This document shows positions 19,070 through 27,685 of a DNA stretch of 64,000 nt, in pieces. Numbering within the stretch: position 1 is the stretch's first letter; the number at the start of each line of letters is the position of its first letter. The stretch is from Gammaproteobacteria bacterium Gsub (lineage in GTDB: Bacteria; Pseudomonadota; Gammaproteobacteria; PS1; Pseudothioglobaceae): the NCBI GenBank assembly GCA_002007405.1, contig JYIN01000013.1, positions 6,009 through 70,008 on the forward strand, given 5' to 3'. The translations under genes were made by a program, and so were the position numbers. Under the pieces are notes generated by a model that was given only the letters and a program-made list of their open reading frames with translations, made no database searches and was not told the origin of the DNA.

Positions 19070-20029
19070 TCATCGCTTTTGTTTTAATTTTTGCTCAATA
19101 ACAGCAAACAAAACACCAGCAATATTAAGCCCAAATTGGGCGTCTAATTCACGAATACAAGTGGGGCTGGTTACATTGATTTCAGTAATATAATCACCAA
19201 TGACATCAATCCCTACGAACATTAACCCTTTGGCTTTTAAAGTGGGTGCGATTTGGGTGCATAAGTAATAGTCACGCTTGCTAAGAGGTTGTCCAACGCC
19301 ACTAGCGCCTGCTGCTAAATTGCCTTTAAAACCCCCCTGTGCTGGTATGCGTGCTAGGGCATAATCAATCGGCTGAGCATTAATGATTAAAATGCGTTTA
19401 TCACCCTTTTCAATCTCTGCTAAAAATATTTGGCTAATGATTTGACGCTTGCCTTGATGGGTCAGATAATCCAACACTTCGTCTATGTTATTATCTCCAT
19501 GCGTAAGTTTGAAAACATCATGCCCGCCCATGCCATCTAAAGGTTTAACCACTACGGTTTTTTGGGTTTTAATAAAGGCTCTAATTTGATTTTGATTAGC
19601 ACTCACTAAGGTTTTTGGCAGGCAATTAGGAAAATTTAGAGAAAATAATTTTTCGTTACAATCTCTTAAAGATTGCGTTTTATTGACCACCAAAACGCCG
19701 GTATTTTCCGCCTGTTCAAGCAGGTAAGTGGCGTAGATGTAGTTCATATCAAAAGGTGGGTTTTTACGCATCAAAATAACATTAAAATCCTCAAGTGCCA
19801 CAACCTCAAAATTAGATTTTACATACCAATCATCCATATTATCAAAAACCTCGGTCTTAGCACTACGGGCATAAACTTTGTTATTGTCAATAAACATATC
19901 AAATGTATCAAAAGTATAAGTTATCCACCCGCGACGCTTGGCTTCAAGCATCATTGCTAAAGAAGAATCTTTTTTGGGATTGATAACGGCAATATCATCC
20001 ATCAACACGCCGATTTTTATTGTATCCAT
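19070..20029 (-). CDS. gshB: Glutathione synthetase
   Basis: IKIGVLMDDIAVINPKKDSS N-terminus, VVKPLDGMGG, GDKRILIING-like GDKRILIINAQP, EINVTSPT ATP-grasp motifs. Confidence 0.9.
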   Translation of the reverse strand: MDTIKIGVLMDDIAVINPKKDSSLAMMLEAKRRGWITYTFDTFDMFIDNNKVYARSAKTEVFDNMDDWYVKSNFEVVALEDFNVILMRKNPPFDMNYIYATYLLEQAENTGVLVVNKTQSLRDCNEKLFSLNFPNCLPKTLVSANQNQIRAFIKTQKTVVVKPLDGMGGHDVFKLTHGDNNIDEVLDYLTHQGKRQIISQIFLAEIEKGDKRILIINAQPIDYALARIPAQGGFKGNLAAGASGVGQPLSKRDYYLCTQIAPTLKAKGLMFVGIDVIGDYITEINVTSPTCIRELDAQFGLNIAGVLFAVIEQKLKQKR

Positions 20030-20046
20030 AAATATGCATTATAGTG

Positions 20047-20052
20047 TATAAT
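20047..20052 (+). promoter_or_regulatory. Candidate -10 box (TATAAT) for the metY-rimP-nusA-infB operon
   Basis: TATAAT 13 nt upstream of the tRNA 5' end; no convincing -35 at 17 bp spacing, so weak. Confidence 0.3.
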
Positions 20053-20065
20053 ATCCACGCTTTAG

Positions 20066-20142
20066 TGCGGGGTGGAGCAGTTTGGTAGCTCGTCGGGCTC
20101 ATAACCCGAAGGCCATAGGTTCAAATCCTATCCCCGCTACCA
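20066..20142 (+). tRNA. metY: Initiator tRNA-fMet (anticodon CAT), 77 nt with encoded CCA
   Basis: Near-identical to E. coli tRNA-fMet from memory; three G-C pairs closing the anticodon stem (GGGCTCATAACCC); 1:72 mismatch; located upstream of rimP-nusA-infB as metY is in E. coli. Confidence 0.93.
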
Positions 20143-20154
20143 AAAGAATTTATG

Positions 20155-20175
20155 CCCCCTTTTTAGGGGGTTTTT
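20155..20175 (+). terminator. Hairpin plus T-run after metY (terminator/attenuator)
   Basis: CCCCC-tttttа-loop-GGGGG followed by TTTTT (ccccctttttagggggttttt). Confidence 0.5.
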
Positions 20176-20195
20176 AGTAGAATGGACGGCAGAGA

Positions 20196-20657
20196 ATGAC
20201 AAAGATTGCAGACAAAATCAGCGCGTTAATTGCCCCTATGATTAGCGATATGGGTTATGAATTGGTGGGTGTGGAATATGTTGGTAGTGGCAACCGTAGT
20301 ATTTTAAGGGTTTATATTGATAACGACAGTGGCATCAGTTTAGATGATTGTGCTGCAGTATCACGCCAAATTAGTGCTATTTTTGATGTCAAGGACCCCA
20401 TTGCTGGGCAGTATAATTTAGAAGTATCATCACCAGGTGTAGCAAGACCTTTGTTTCATATTGGGCATTATCAGCGTTTTCTGGGGCATGATGTTAAACT
20501 CAGATTAGTAAAGTCTGTAAAAGGGCAAAGAAATTTTAATGCAACGATTGGCAGTGTCAGTGAAAAAAACAACAGTATTAAATTAGTAACGGAATTGGGA
20601 TCGGTAACAGTGGATATTGAATTGATTGAAAGGGCGAATTTAGTCGCCACTTTTTAG
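20196..20657 (+). CDS. rimP: Ribosome maturation factor RimP
   Basis: GYELVGVEYVG...ILRVYID, LEVSSPGVARPL motifs; position before nusA. Confidence 0.9.
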   Translation: MTKIADKISALIAPMISDMGYELVGVEYVGSGNRSILRVYIDNDSGISLDDCAAVSRQISAIFDVKDPIAGQYNLEVSSPGVARPLFHIGHYQRFLGHDVKLRLVKSVKGQRNFNATIGSVSEKNNSIKLVTELGSVTVDIELIERANLVATF

Positions 20658-20666
20658 GAGAAAAAT

Positions 20667-22142
20667 GTGGAAAATAAAGAACTATTTTTAATGGTTGAAG
20701 CGATTTCAAATGAAAAAAATATATCTAAAGAAGATGTGCTTGAATCATTAGAAGAAGCATTAGCAGTAGCAACAAAAAAACGCAAAAACATTGACGCGTA
20801 TGTTGAAATTGATAGAAAAACTGGGGAATTCCACACCTTTAGACAATGGCGGGTTATCGACAACGACAAATTATTGGTTGATGATGACGGCACAGAATTT
20901 AACCCAGAATTACATATTTACGCCAAAGACGCTAAAAATATTACGGTGGGAGATTTTAAACGCGAACCAATAGAAACTGAAGGGTTTGGTCGCATTGCAG
21001 CACAAATCGTCAAACAAGTGATTATCCAAAAAGTGCGTGAAGCAGAAAGAGAGGTTATTGTCCAAGACTACACTCAGCGTGTGGGTGAGGTGGTTATGGT
21101 TACAGTCAGACGCATTGACAGAGGCAATGTGTATGTTGATATAGGTGGTGTAGATGGCATGATTGCTAAATCCGACCTTATTCCAAACGAATCAGTGCGT
21201 AAAAATGACAGTATCAGGGCGTATATCAAAGAAGTGAGATCAACCGCTAGAGGTGCACAGATTTTTCTAAGCAGAACAATGCCAGAGATGATGATTGAAC
21301 TCTTTGAGATGGAAGTGCCAGAGATCTCTGAGGGCGTGATTAAAATTATGGGTGGCAGCCGAGACCCGGGTTTGCGTTCAAAATTAGCCGTTAAAGCCAA
21401 AGACAAGCGCTTAGACCCAATTGGCTCATGTATTGGTATGCGGGGTGCGCGTGTCCAAGCAGTATCAAATGAATTAAACGGTGAGCGGGTTGATGTTATT
21501 TTATGGGATGAAGACCCAGCACAGTTTGTCATCAATGCCATGGCACCCGCACAGGTTAGCTCTATTGTTGTTGATGAAGATAAACATTCAATGGATATTG
21601 CTGTTGAAGATGACCAATTAGCCCTTGCCATTGGTCGTGGTGGGCAGAATATTAAATTGGCATCTAAGCTAACAGGATGGAAATTAAATGTCATGTCGGT
21701 GAGTGAATCAGAGGACAAACAAGCTGAAGAAAACCAAAAAATCAACGACAAATTAGCTGAACAACTTGGGGTTGATGCCGAAGTAGCAGGCGTGTTGATT
21801 GAAGAAGGTTTTACTAGCATTGATGATATTGCCGATGCCGATATTAGTGTTTTAAAAAACATTGAAGAGTTTGATACATCAATGGTTGAAGAGCTGCAAG
21901 AGCGCGCCTCTGACGCACAACTCGTACAGGCACTTGGTGATGCAGACGCCTCAGAAATATTGATGAGCGTTGCTGGCGTGGATGAAGATTTGGCACAAGC
22001 ACTGATTGAGGCAGAAATTCTAACCGTAGATAACTTAGCAGAGCTGTCCACTGACGAATTGTTAGATATTCAAAATATGGACAAAGAAAAAGCATCAAGT
22101 GTAATCATGACTGCCCGAGAAAATGAGGGCTGGTTTAACTAA
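20667..22142 (+). CDS. nusA: Transcription termination/antitermination factor NusA (GTG start with AGGAG upstream)
   Basis: N-terminal EAISNEKNISKEDVLESLEEAL, S1 and two KH regions (IGMRGARVQAVSNEL, AIGRGGQNIKLASKLTGW), acidic C-terminal repeats. Confidence 0.95.
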   Translation: MENKELFLMVEAISNEKNISKEDVLESLEEALAVATKKRKNIDAYVEIDRKTGEFHTFRQWRVIDNDKLLVDDDGTEFNPELHIYAKDAKNITVGDFKREPIETEGFGRIAAQIVKQVIIQKVREAEREVIVQDYTQRVGEVVMVTVRRIDRGNVYVDIGGVDGMIAKSDLIPNESVRKNDSIRAYIKEVRSTARGAQIFLSRTMPEMMIELFEMEVPEISEGVIKIMGGSRDPGLRSKLAVKAKDKRLDPIGSCIGMRGARVQAVSNELNGERVDVILWDEDPAQFVINAMAPAQVSSIVVDEDKHSMDIAVEDDQLALAIGRGGQNIKLASKLTGWKLNVMSVSESEDKQAEENQKINDKLAEQLGVDAEVAGVLIEEGFTSIDDIADADISVLKNIEEFDTSMVEELQERASDAQLVQALGDADASEILMSVAGVDEDLAQALIEAEILTVDNLAELSTDELLDIQNMDKEKASSVIMTARENEGWFN

Positions 22143-22174
22143 TTTGATGTAATAAAAACAATAGGCAAAAAATT

Positions 22175-24577
22175 ATGGCACATACAGTCCAAACTTTATC
22201 TAAATCATTGAAAAAAGCGCCCAGTGAGGTGATTGCCATTCTATCAAATCTTGGCATTGAGGGTAAAAACTCTGATTCCGAAATATCTGCCCAAGAGCGA
22301 AAAACGCTAATGCGTAGTTTGTCAAAACGCTCAACCAACAAGCCCAGCATATTGGTCTCTAAAAATCCTAAAACCAATACCAATGTCAGTGGTGTTAAGG
22401 TTCAAGTCAAGAAAAAACGCCTTAAAAAAGCCGAACCACAGCCCAGTTTAATTGATAATGATGCCGCCATTAAAGCGCAACAGGCGTTAGAAGAAGGTCG
22501 TGCTATTGATGAAAGATTATCAGCACAAGATGCCAAACGCGTTGAAACAGTGCGTTTGCAAAAAGAAAAAGAACAACAAGCGCATAAATCCCAACAAGAG
22601 GCAAAACAACAAACCCAGAAAAAAAACACCGAAACACAACCTACCGCGGAAAAAAAACCAAAACGCCTGCGCAATGCACCGGGTAACAATCAACGCCAGC
22701 AATTACATGTCGCCCACAAAACCAAACGCAAGCTAAAGAAAAAAGACCGAACCAGACTATCACAAAAAATTCAAGAAGAACAAGCCCAGCACGCCTTTCA
22801 AAAACCAGTTGAGAAAGTTATTTATGAAGTATCCGTCCCTGAGAATATTAAAATTACTGATTTAGCACAGAAAATGGCTACCAAGGCGGGTGAGGTGTTA
22901 AAAGTATTGATGGATATGGGCGTGATGGCAACCCTAAATGATGTCATTGACCAAGACACCGCACTATTAGTGGTCGAAGAAATGGGGCATAAAGGCATCG
23001 TTAGCAAAGCCGAAACAATTGAAGATAGACTCATTGATAAGTCAAAATCCGTAGGCACCACAAGTATCCGCCCTCCCACGGTTACGATTATGGGGCATGT
23101 TGATCATGGCAAAACTTCGTTATTGGATTATATTCGTAGGACTAAAGTAGCAAGCAGCGAGGCTGGCGGTATTACCCAACACATTGGCGCCTATCAGGTC
23201 CGATCAAATGACAAGGTCATTACTTTTATTGATACCCCAGGGCATGCGGCATTTTCAAAAATGCGCGACCAAAGTGCAAATATAACCGATATTATTATTT
23301 TGGTAGTGGCTGCCGACGATGGGGTCATGCCACAAACTGTTGAATCCATTAAGCACGCACAAGCGGCGAAGGTGCCAATCATTGTTGCAATTAATAAAAT
23401 TGATAAAGAAGGTGCGGATATTGACAAAGTTAAACAAGTGCTCTCAACCCACGATATTATTGCCGAAGATTGGGGAGGCGATGTCATAATGGTGGGTGTC
23501 TCAGCACATACAGGCGAAGGGATCGATGCTTTGTTAGATGCAATTTCACTCACCGCAGAAATTTTAGAATTCTCAGCCCCTGTTGAAGCCCCAGCTCATG
23601 GCACAGTGTTAGAAGCACGCCTTGATAAAGGTCGTGGCAAGGTAGTAACAGTTTTGGTGCAATCAGGCACACTTAAAACTGGCGATATTGTTATTGCTGG
23701 GCTGGAATATGGCAAAGTCAAACAAATTATCAATGACCAAGGCAAAACATTAAAACAAGCAGGACCTTCCACACCAGTAGAAGTATTAGGTCTATCTGGC
23801 GTACCTAATTCAGGAGACTCTGTGCTGGTGGTCGAATCCGAGCGTAAGGCGCGTGAATTAGCAGATTTTAGAAAAATCAGAGACCGCGACCGCGGAAGGG
23901 AGTTGCAAAGACAGCAAACATCAAAAATGGAAAACTTCTTACAAAAAATGCAACGGAGTGATATTTCCACCGTTAATGTCTTGTTAAAGTCCGATGTTCG
24001 AGGGTCATCTCAGGCTTTAGTTGAAGCACTGGGGGCCTTATCAACTGATGAAGTAAAAGTTAGAATCATTGCAAGCGGGGTGGGCGGTATTAACAACACC
24101 GATATTTCTCTAGCTGCAGCTTCTAATGCTTTAGTGCTTGGTTTTAATGTTCGTGCTGATGCACTAGCGCGTAAAAGCGCAGATTTTGAGGGAGTGCGAA
24201 TTGAATATTATTCTATTATCTACAATCTGATTGATGATGTAAAAGCCATTATGAGTGGTATGCTAACCCCTGAGTTAAGTGAAAATATCATTGGTATAGC
24301 AACGGTTAAAAATGTATTTAAATCACAAAAACTCGGTGATATTGCTGGTTGTATGGTTACAGAAGGTGTGGTTAAAAAAGAGAGCCCAATCCGTGTTCTA
24401 CGCGACAATGTGGTGGTTTATGAAGGCAGATTAGAATCTTTGAGACGCTTTAAAGATGATGTAGTTGAGGTCAAATCAGGTACTGAATGTGGGATTGGTG
24501 TGGCAGATTATAACGATATTCAACCCAGCGACCAGATTGAAGTATTTGAACGGATTGAGCATGCACGCAATCTCTAA
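22175..24577 (+). CDS. infB: Translation initiation factor IF-2
   Basis: Lys/Gln-rich N-terminal region; G domain [21 protein letters not shown]. Confidence 0.95.
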   Translation: MAHTVQTLSKSLKKAPSEVIAILSNLGIEGKNSDSEISAQERKTLMRSLSKRSTNKPSILVSKNPKTNTNVSGVKVQVKKKRLKKAEPQPSLIDNDAAIKAQQALEEGRAIDERLSAQDAKRVETVRLQKEKEQQAHKSQQEAKQQTQKKNTETQPTAEKKPKRLRNAPGNNQRQQLHVAHKTKRKLKKKDRTRLSQKIQEEQAQHAFQKPVEKVIYEVSVPENIKITDLAQKMATKAGEVLKVLMDMGVMATLNDVIDQDTALLVVEEMGHKGIVSKAETIEDRLIDKSKSVGTTSIRPPTVTIMGHVDHGKTSLLDYIRRTKVASSEAGGITQHIGAYQVRSNDKVITFIDTPGHAAFSKMRDQSANITDIIILVVAADDGVMPQTVESIKHAQAAKVPIIVAINKIDKEGADIDKVKQVLSTHDIIAEDWGGDVIMVGVSAHTGEGIDALLDAISLTAEILEFSAPVEAPAHGTVLEARLDKGRGKVVTVLVQSGTLKTGDIVIAGLEYGKVKQIINDQGKTLKQAGPSTPVEVLGLSGVPNSGDSVLVVESERKARELADFRKIRDRDRGRELQRQQTSKMENFLQKMQRSDISTVNVLLKSDVRGSSQALVEALGALSTDEVKVRIIASGVGGINNTDISLAAASNALVLGFNVRADALARKSADFEGVRIEYYSIIYNLIDDVKAIMSGMLTPELSENIIGIATVKNVFKSQKLGDIAGCMVTEGVVKKESPIRVLRDNVVVYEGRLESLRRFKDDVVEVKSGTECGIGVADYNDIQPSDQIEVFERIEHARNL

Positions 24578-24589
24578 AGACTGACAAAA

Positions 24590-24928
24590 ATGCCAGAGCA
24601 GCCGTCTTATCGCTTAGAGCGTATCAATGTCTTAATTCACCAACAGTTGGTGTTACTGCTCAAACAAGAAACCAGAGACCCAAGGCTACAAATGGTGCGT
24701 GTAACAGAAGTATTAACCAGCTGTGATTTGGACAATGCAAAAGTATTCTATAGTGTTTTAGAATCTCATCAAGCTACCATAGAACCTTTATTAAACAAGG
24801 CTGGGGGTTTTTTTCGTTCGCGTCTATCAAAAACCCTAAATTTGCGTCATACGCCCAAACTTAAATTTATTTTTGACCCCACACCAAACAAAGGCGCCCG
24901 AATTGAGGATTTGCTTACTAAACTTTAA
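24590..24928 (+). CDS. rbfA: Ribosome-binding factor A
   Basis: RLERINVLIHQQL...DPRL..VRVTEV...LRHTPKLKF pattern; operon position. Confidence 0.9.
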   Translation: MPEQPSYRLERINVLIHQQLVLLLKQETRDPRLQMVRVTEVLTSCDLDNAKVFYSVLESHQATIEPLLNKAGGFFRSRLSKTLNLRHTPKLKFIFDPTPNKGARIEDLLTKL

Positions 24929-24939
24929 TACCATAACCA

Positions 24940-25851
24940 TTGAAAAGAAATCCAAAAGGCAGAAATATCAACGGCATTGTTCTATTAGATAAAGACCCAG
25001 GCATGACCTCCAATGCCGCATTACAAAAAATCAAACGCTTATTTTTTGCCAAAAAAGCAGGGCATACTGGTGCCTTAGACCCGCTTGCCAGCGGTATTTT
25101 ACCGATTTGTTTAGGTCAAGCCACTAAAGTGGCACGGTTTTTGCTTGATGAAGACAAACGCTACTTCGTCCGTGGGCAATTAGGGCTAACCACCACCACT
25201 GGTGATAGCCAAGGTGCGGTTATAAAAACACAGTCATCTTCACATTTGGGCGCAGGAGAAATAATTACCGCAGTGCAAAATTTTTTAGGTGAAATTACAC
25301 AAGTGCCCCCCATGTATTCAGCTTTAAAAAAAAATGGGCAACCGTTGTATAAATTGGCAAGACAAGGCATTGAAATTGAGCGAGCACCACGCCCCGCAAA
25401 AATTTATAAGATTGATTATTTAAGTTATAAAAAAGAGGTTTTAAGTTTGGAAGTATCGTGTTCAAAAGGCACTTATATCCGTACTTTAGTTGAAGATATT
25501 GGCGAACAACTGGGCTGTGGCGCACATGTAGTTGAGTTAAGGCGCATTGGTTTTGCACATATTGATATTACCCAAACCATACGACTTGCGGATTTGGACA
25601 ATTTAGCCCAAAATGGCTATCGCGCCCTAGATAAAAAAATACTTGCCACTGAAGATATGCTGCCTAAATTTAAAAGCGTTTATCTAAATGCCCAGCAAAG
25701 TATTGACATTCAATGCGGCATCGCGATTGAATCTTTAGCCAAGCAAGACATAGGTGGTTGGGTGAAATTGTTTGATGAAAAAAAACAGTTTTTGGGGATT
25801 GGACAATATCAAAAAAATGGGATAATTGCACCAAAAAGGTTGTTTATATGA
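24940..25851 (+). CDS. truB: tRNA pseudouridine(55) synthase TruB (TTG start)
   Basis: GIVLLDKDPGMTS, catalytic-Asp motif GHTGALDPLASG, QVPPMYSALK, GTYIR. Confidence 0.9.
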   Translation: MKRNPKGRNINGIVLLDKDPGMTSNAALQKIKRLFFAKKAGHTGALDPLASGILPICLGQATKVARFLLDEDKRYFVRGQLGLTTTTGDSQGAVIKTQSSSHLGAGEIITAVQNFLGEITQVPPMYSALKKNGQPLYKLARQGIEIERAPRPAKIYKIDYLSYKKEVLSLEVSCSKGTYIRTLVEDIGEQLGCGAHVVELRRIGFAHIDITQTIRLADLDNLAQNGYRALDKKILATEDMLPKFKSVYLNAQQSIDIQCGIAIESLAKQDIGGWVKLFDEKKQFLGIGQYQKNGIIAPKRLFI

Positions 25852-26474
25852 ATAAAAGAGACGCATTGGTTGGTTATTATTTTAATAATAATTTGATGCA
25901 CTCTATTAAGGGCGATAAAAGCCTACGAGAGAGTGTTTATAATCGTGATCGGGCATTTAATATTGTTGATAAGCACCTACCAGAATTGTCAAAAGTGTGG
26001 CTGTATTTATTGCTTGAAACGGGCGCATATCGCTTGGTTATTGGGCTAAATAATGCTGAGGTACGCATTGCCTCAGTGTTTGACCCATTTAATACTGAGG
26101 TGCATTTGGCTAATGATTTGCTCCGAGTGGAATATGTAGATTTTCATTTTAATAAAATCAGTTTAAACGAAAAAGATAAACTGATTAAACGCATTTATAA
26201 AACACTTGAAGAAGACAAAACTTTTGCACTGCTTTCACCCGATTGGCAACGCTCTCTATTAGATAGAAATAGCAAAATGCAGCAGCTGACTGATACAGAT
26301 GATTTGCGTTTTATTTTGCAAAATATTCCAAAATTGCGGGGATTAGAGGGTTATTATCTACGCTCAATTACCATCAATTTGTTTAATTCCACAGTGTCTA
26401 TGGCGTTTAATTGTGATGGCACTCAGATTATGTCACACAGGCGTTTTAGGGCATTTATTGAGGAATGTGTGTAG
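25848..26474 (+). CDS. Hypothetical protein, no family recognised
   Basis: 208-aa ORF whose ATG overlaps the truB stop (ATGA); no signal peptide or motif I recognise; very AT-rich. Confidence 0.5.
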   Translation: MNKRDALVGYYFNNNLMHSIKGDKSLRESVYNRDRAFNIVDKHLPELSKVWLYLLLETGAYRLVIGLNNAEVRIASVFDPFNTEVHLANDLLRVEYVDFHFNKISLNEKDKLIKRIYKTLEEDKTFALLSPDWQRSLLDRNSKMQQLTDTDDLRFILQNIPKLRGLEGYYLRSITINLFNSTVSMAFNCDGTQIMSHRRFRAFIEECV

Positions 26475-26805
26475 CGATACCTACACGCATTGTTTGCCAG
26501 CTTTGTTTTTCTAAATTGCAACTAAAAACATTAAATTAGATAGACCTTTGCATAATTATGAAAAAAACATCAATATTTATTGGATTAACCTTCTATATCA
26601 GTATGCTGGTGGATGCCACCAGTAACTACTGAATCATGGTTGTATCACCTTAGTCAAATACATGCCAATAACCCTGAAAATCTTGCTACTCATCTTTCTT
26701 TTATTGCAAAATATTCTAAGATAAACACTGATTTATCATGCCTCCTGTTCTTACTACGCTAGCACTGTCTTTCAAAGGCTTGAAAGTAATGAATCTCATT
26801 CTGTA

Positions 26806-27327
26806 TTGTCTAATATCACGAAAAATTATGATAGTGCAATTGAGTTATCTAAACTAATGGATCTGCGCGTTCAATCATTTAAATTTATCAATAGTGGTGC
26901 TTTTCTAAAATTTATCAATAAAAATATAGGTCCTGGCGAGCACGCAATATTATCTGTGGGGTTAATTGACAAAAAAAGTGGCGAAATACGCCATCATGGT
27001 GTTAATCTTATTAACGCTGATGGCAAATATAGGGTGATAGATTCTGGCATTGATAATAGCAAAATAGGCATGCCCTTGGATGAATTTTTGAATAAAGGCG
27101 TTGGGCTATATGAGATAAATAAAGCCAATCCTCGTTTTGAAATACTCTTAACCATTAGAAAAAACCGTAGTTATTACATTCCAAAAGGTTGTAGGATTGA
27201 TGCTTATAAAGCAGAAAACGGTTTGGTAAATACATATTATTTTCATGAAGATAAAATATTTGATGACTTTGAATATTTTTTAAAAACAAAAATAGACCCC
27301 AAAAGAGCACAGCAATGTTTAAGATAA
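26806..27327 (+). CDS. Hypothetical protein; possibly the 3' part of a frameshifted gene beginning near 26558
   Basis: 173-aa ORF with TTG as first start; its frame is open from 26725 and encodes ...LIYHASCSYYASTVF... before any start codon; GEHAILSVG...RHHG motifs downstream. Confidence 0.4.
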   Translation: MSNITKNYDSAIELSKLMDLRVQSFKFINSGAFLKFINKNIGPGEHAILSVGLIDKKSGEIRHHGVNLINADGKYRVIDSGIDNSKIGMPLDEFLNKGVGLYEINKANPRFEILLTIRKNRSYYIPKGCRIDAYKAENGLVNTYYFHEDKIFDDFEYFLKTKIDPKRAQQCLR

Positions 27328-27602
27328 CGGCCAAACTTAGGGTATTGGATAACACCCAAAAATCTTATTTTGCTACATGGCAAACGCCGTTTAGTAGATG
27401 CAGCCGTTTTGTTGTCTGTTGCTTTGTGTTGAAGGATAAAAATAGCAAAATATCATAGCTGACAAAATGTCTGCCACCTCCCACAAACAATAAGAGTAAC
27501 AAACCCACAGAAACACTCAGTAAAAAACACCCGCAATTATCCTTAAAGGCAAATTTTATAGCCCTTGGCAAATAATTAATGTTTGTGTCTTATTCTTAGG
27601 CG

Positions 27603-27636
27603 AAAAAAAACCCAGACTTCACAGTCTGGGTTTTTT
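27603..27636. terminator. Bidirectional intrinsic terminator between the hypothetical gene and the porin gene
   Basis: aaaaaaaa-CCCAGACT-tcac-AGTCTGGG-tttttt: 8-bp GC-containing stem flanked by A-run and T-run. Confidence 0.65.
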
Positions 27637-27685
27637 GTGTAACTTAAAAGTGCTTTAAGTTAACTGTTTAGTATCTAAACGAGGT

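Noticed and set aside
21074-22051. 325-aa antisense ORF inside nusA, plus similar long antisense ORFs inside infB, secY, rpmD/rpsE (58079-58633), rplP/rpmC (62143-62766), clpX, lon and tig
   Set aside because: These are Ser/Cys/low-complexity translations lying fully within well-supported conserved genes. The open antisense frame is explained by the sense genes' acidic/Lys-rich composition, which rarely produces the xxT-TAx / xxC-TAx / xxT-CAx junctions that would create antisense stops. They have no SD signals and no recognisable domains.
27365-27571. 68-aa minus-strand ORF (TTG start) between the hypothetical gene and the porin terminator
   Set aside because: It has a non-ATG start, no SD and no recognisable motif, and it lies upstream of the terminator in the wrong orientation to be expressed with the porin. 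It may be debris of a lost membrane protein but cannot be supported.
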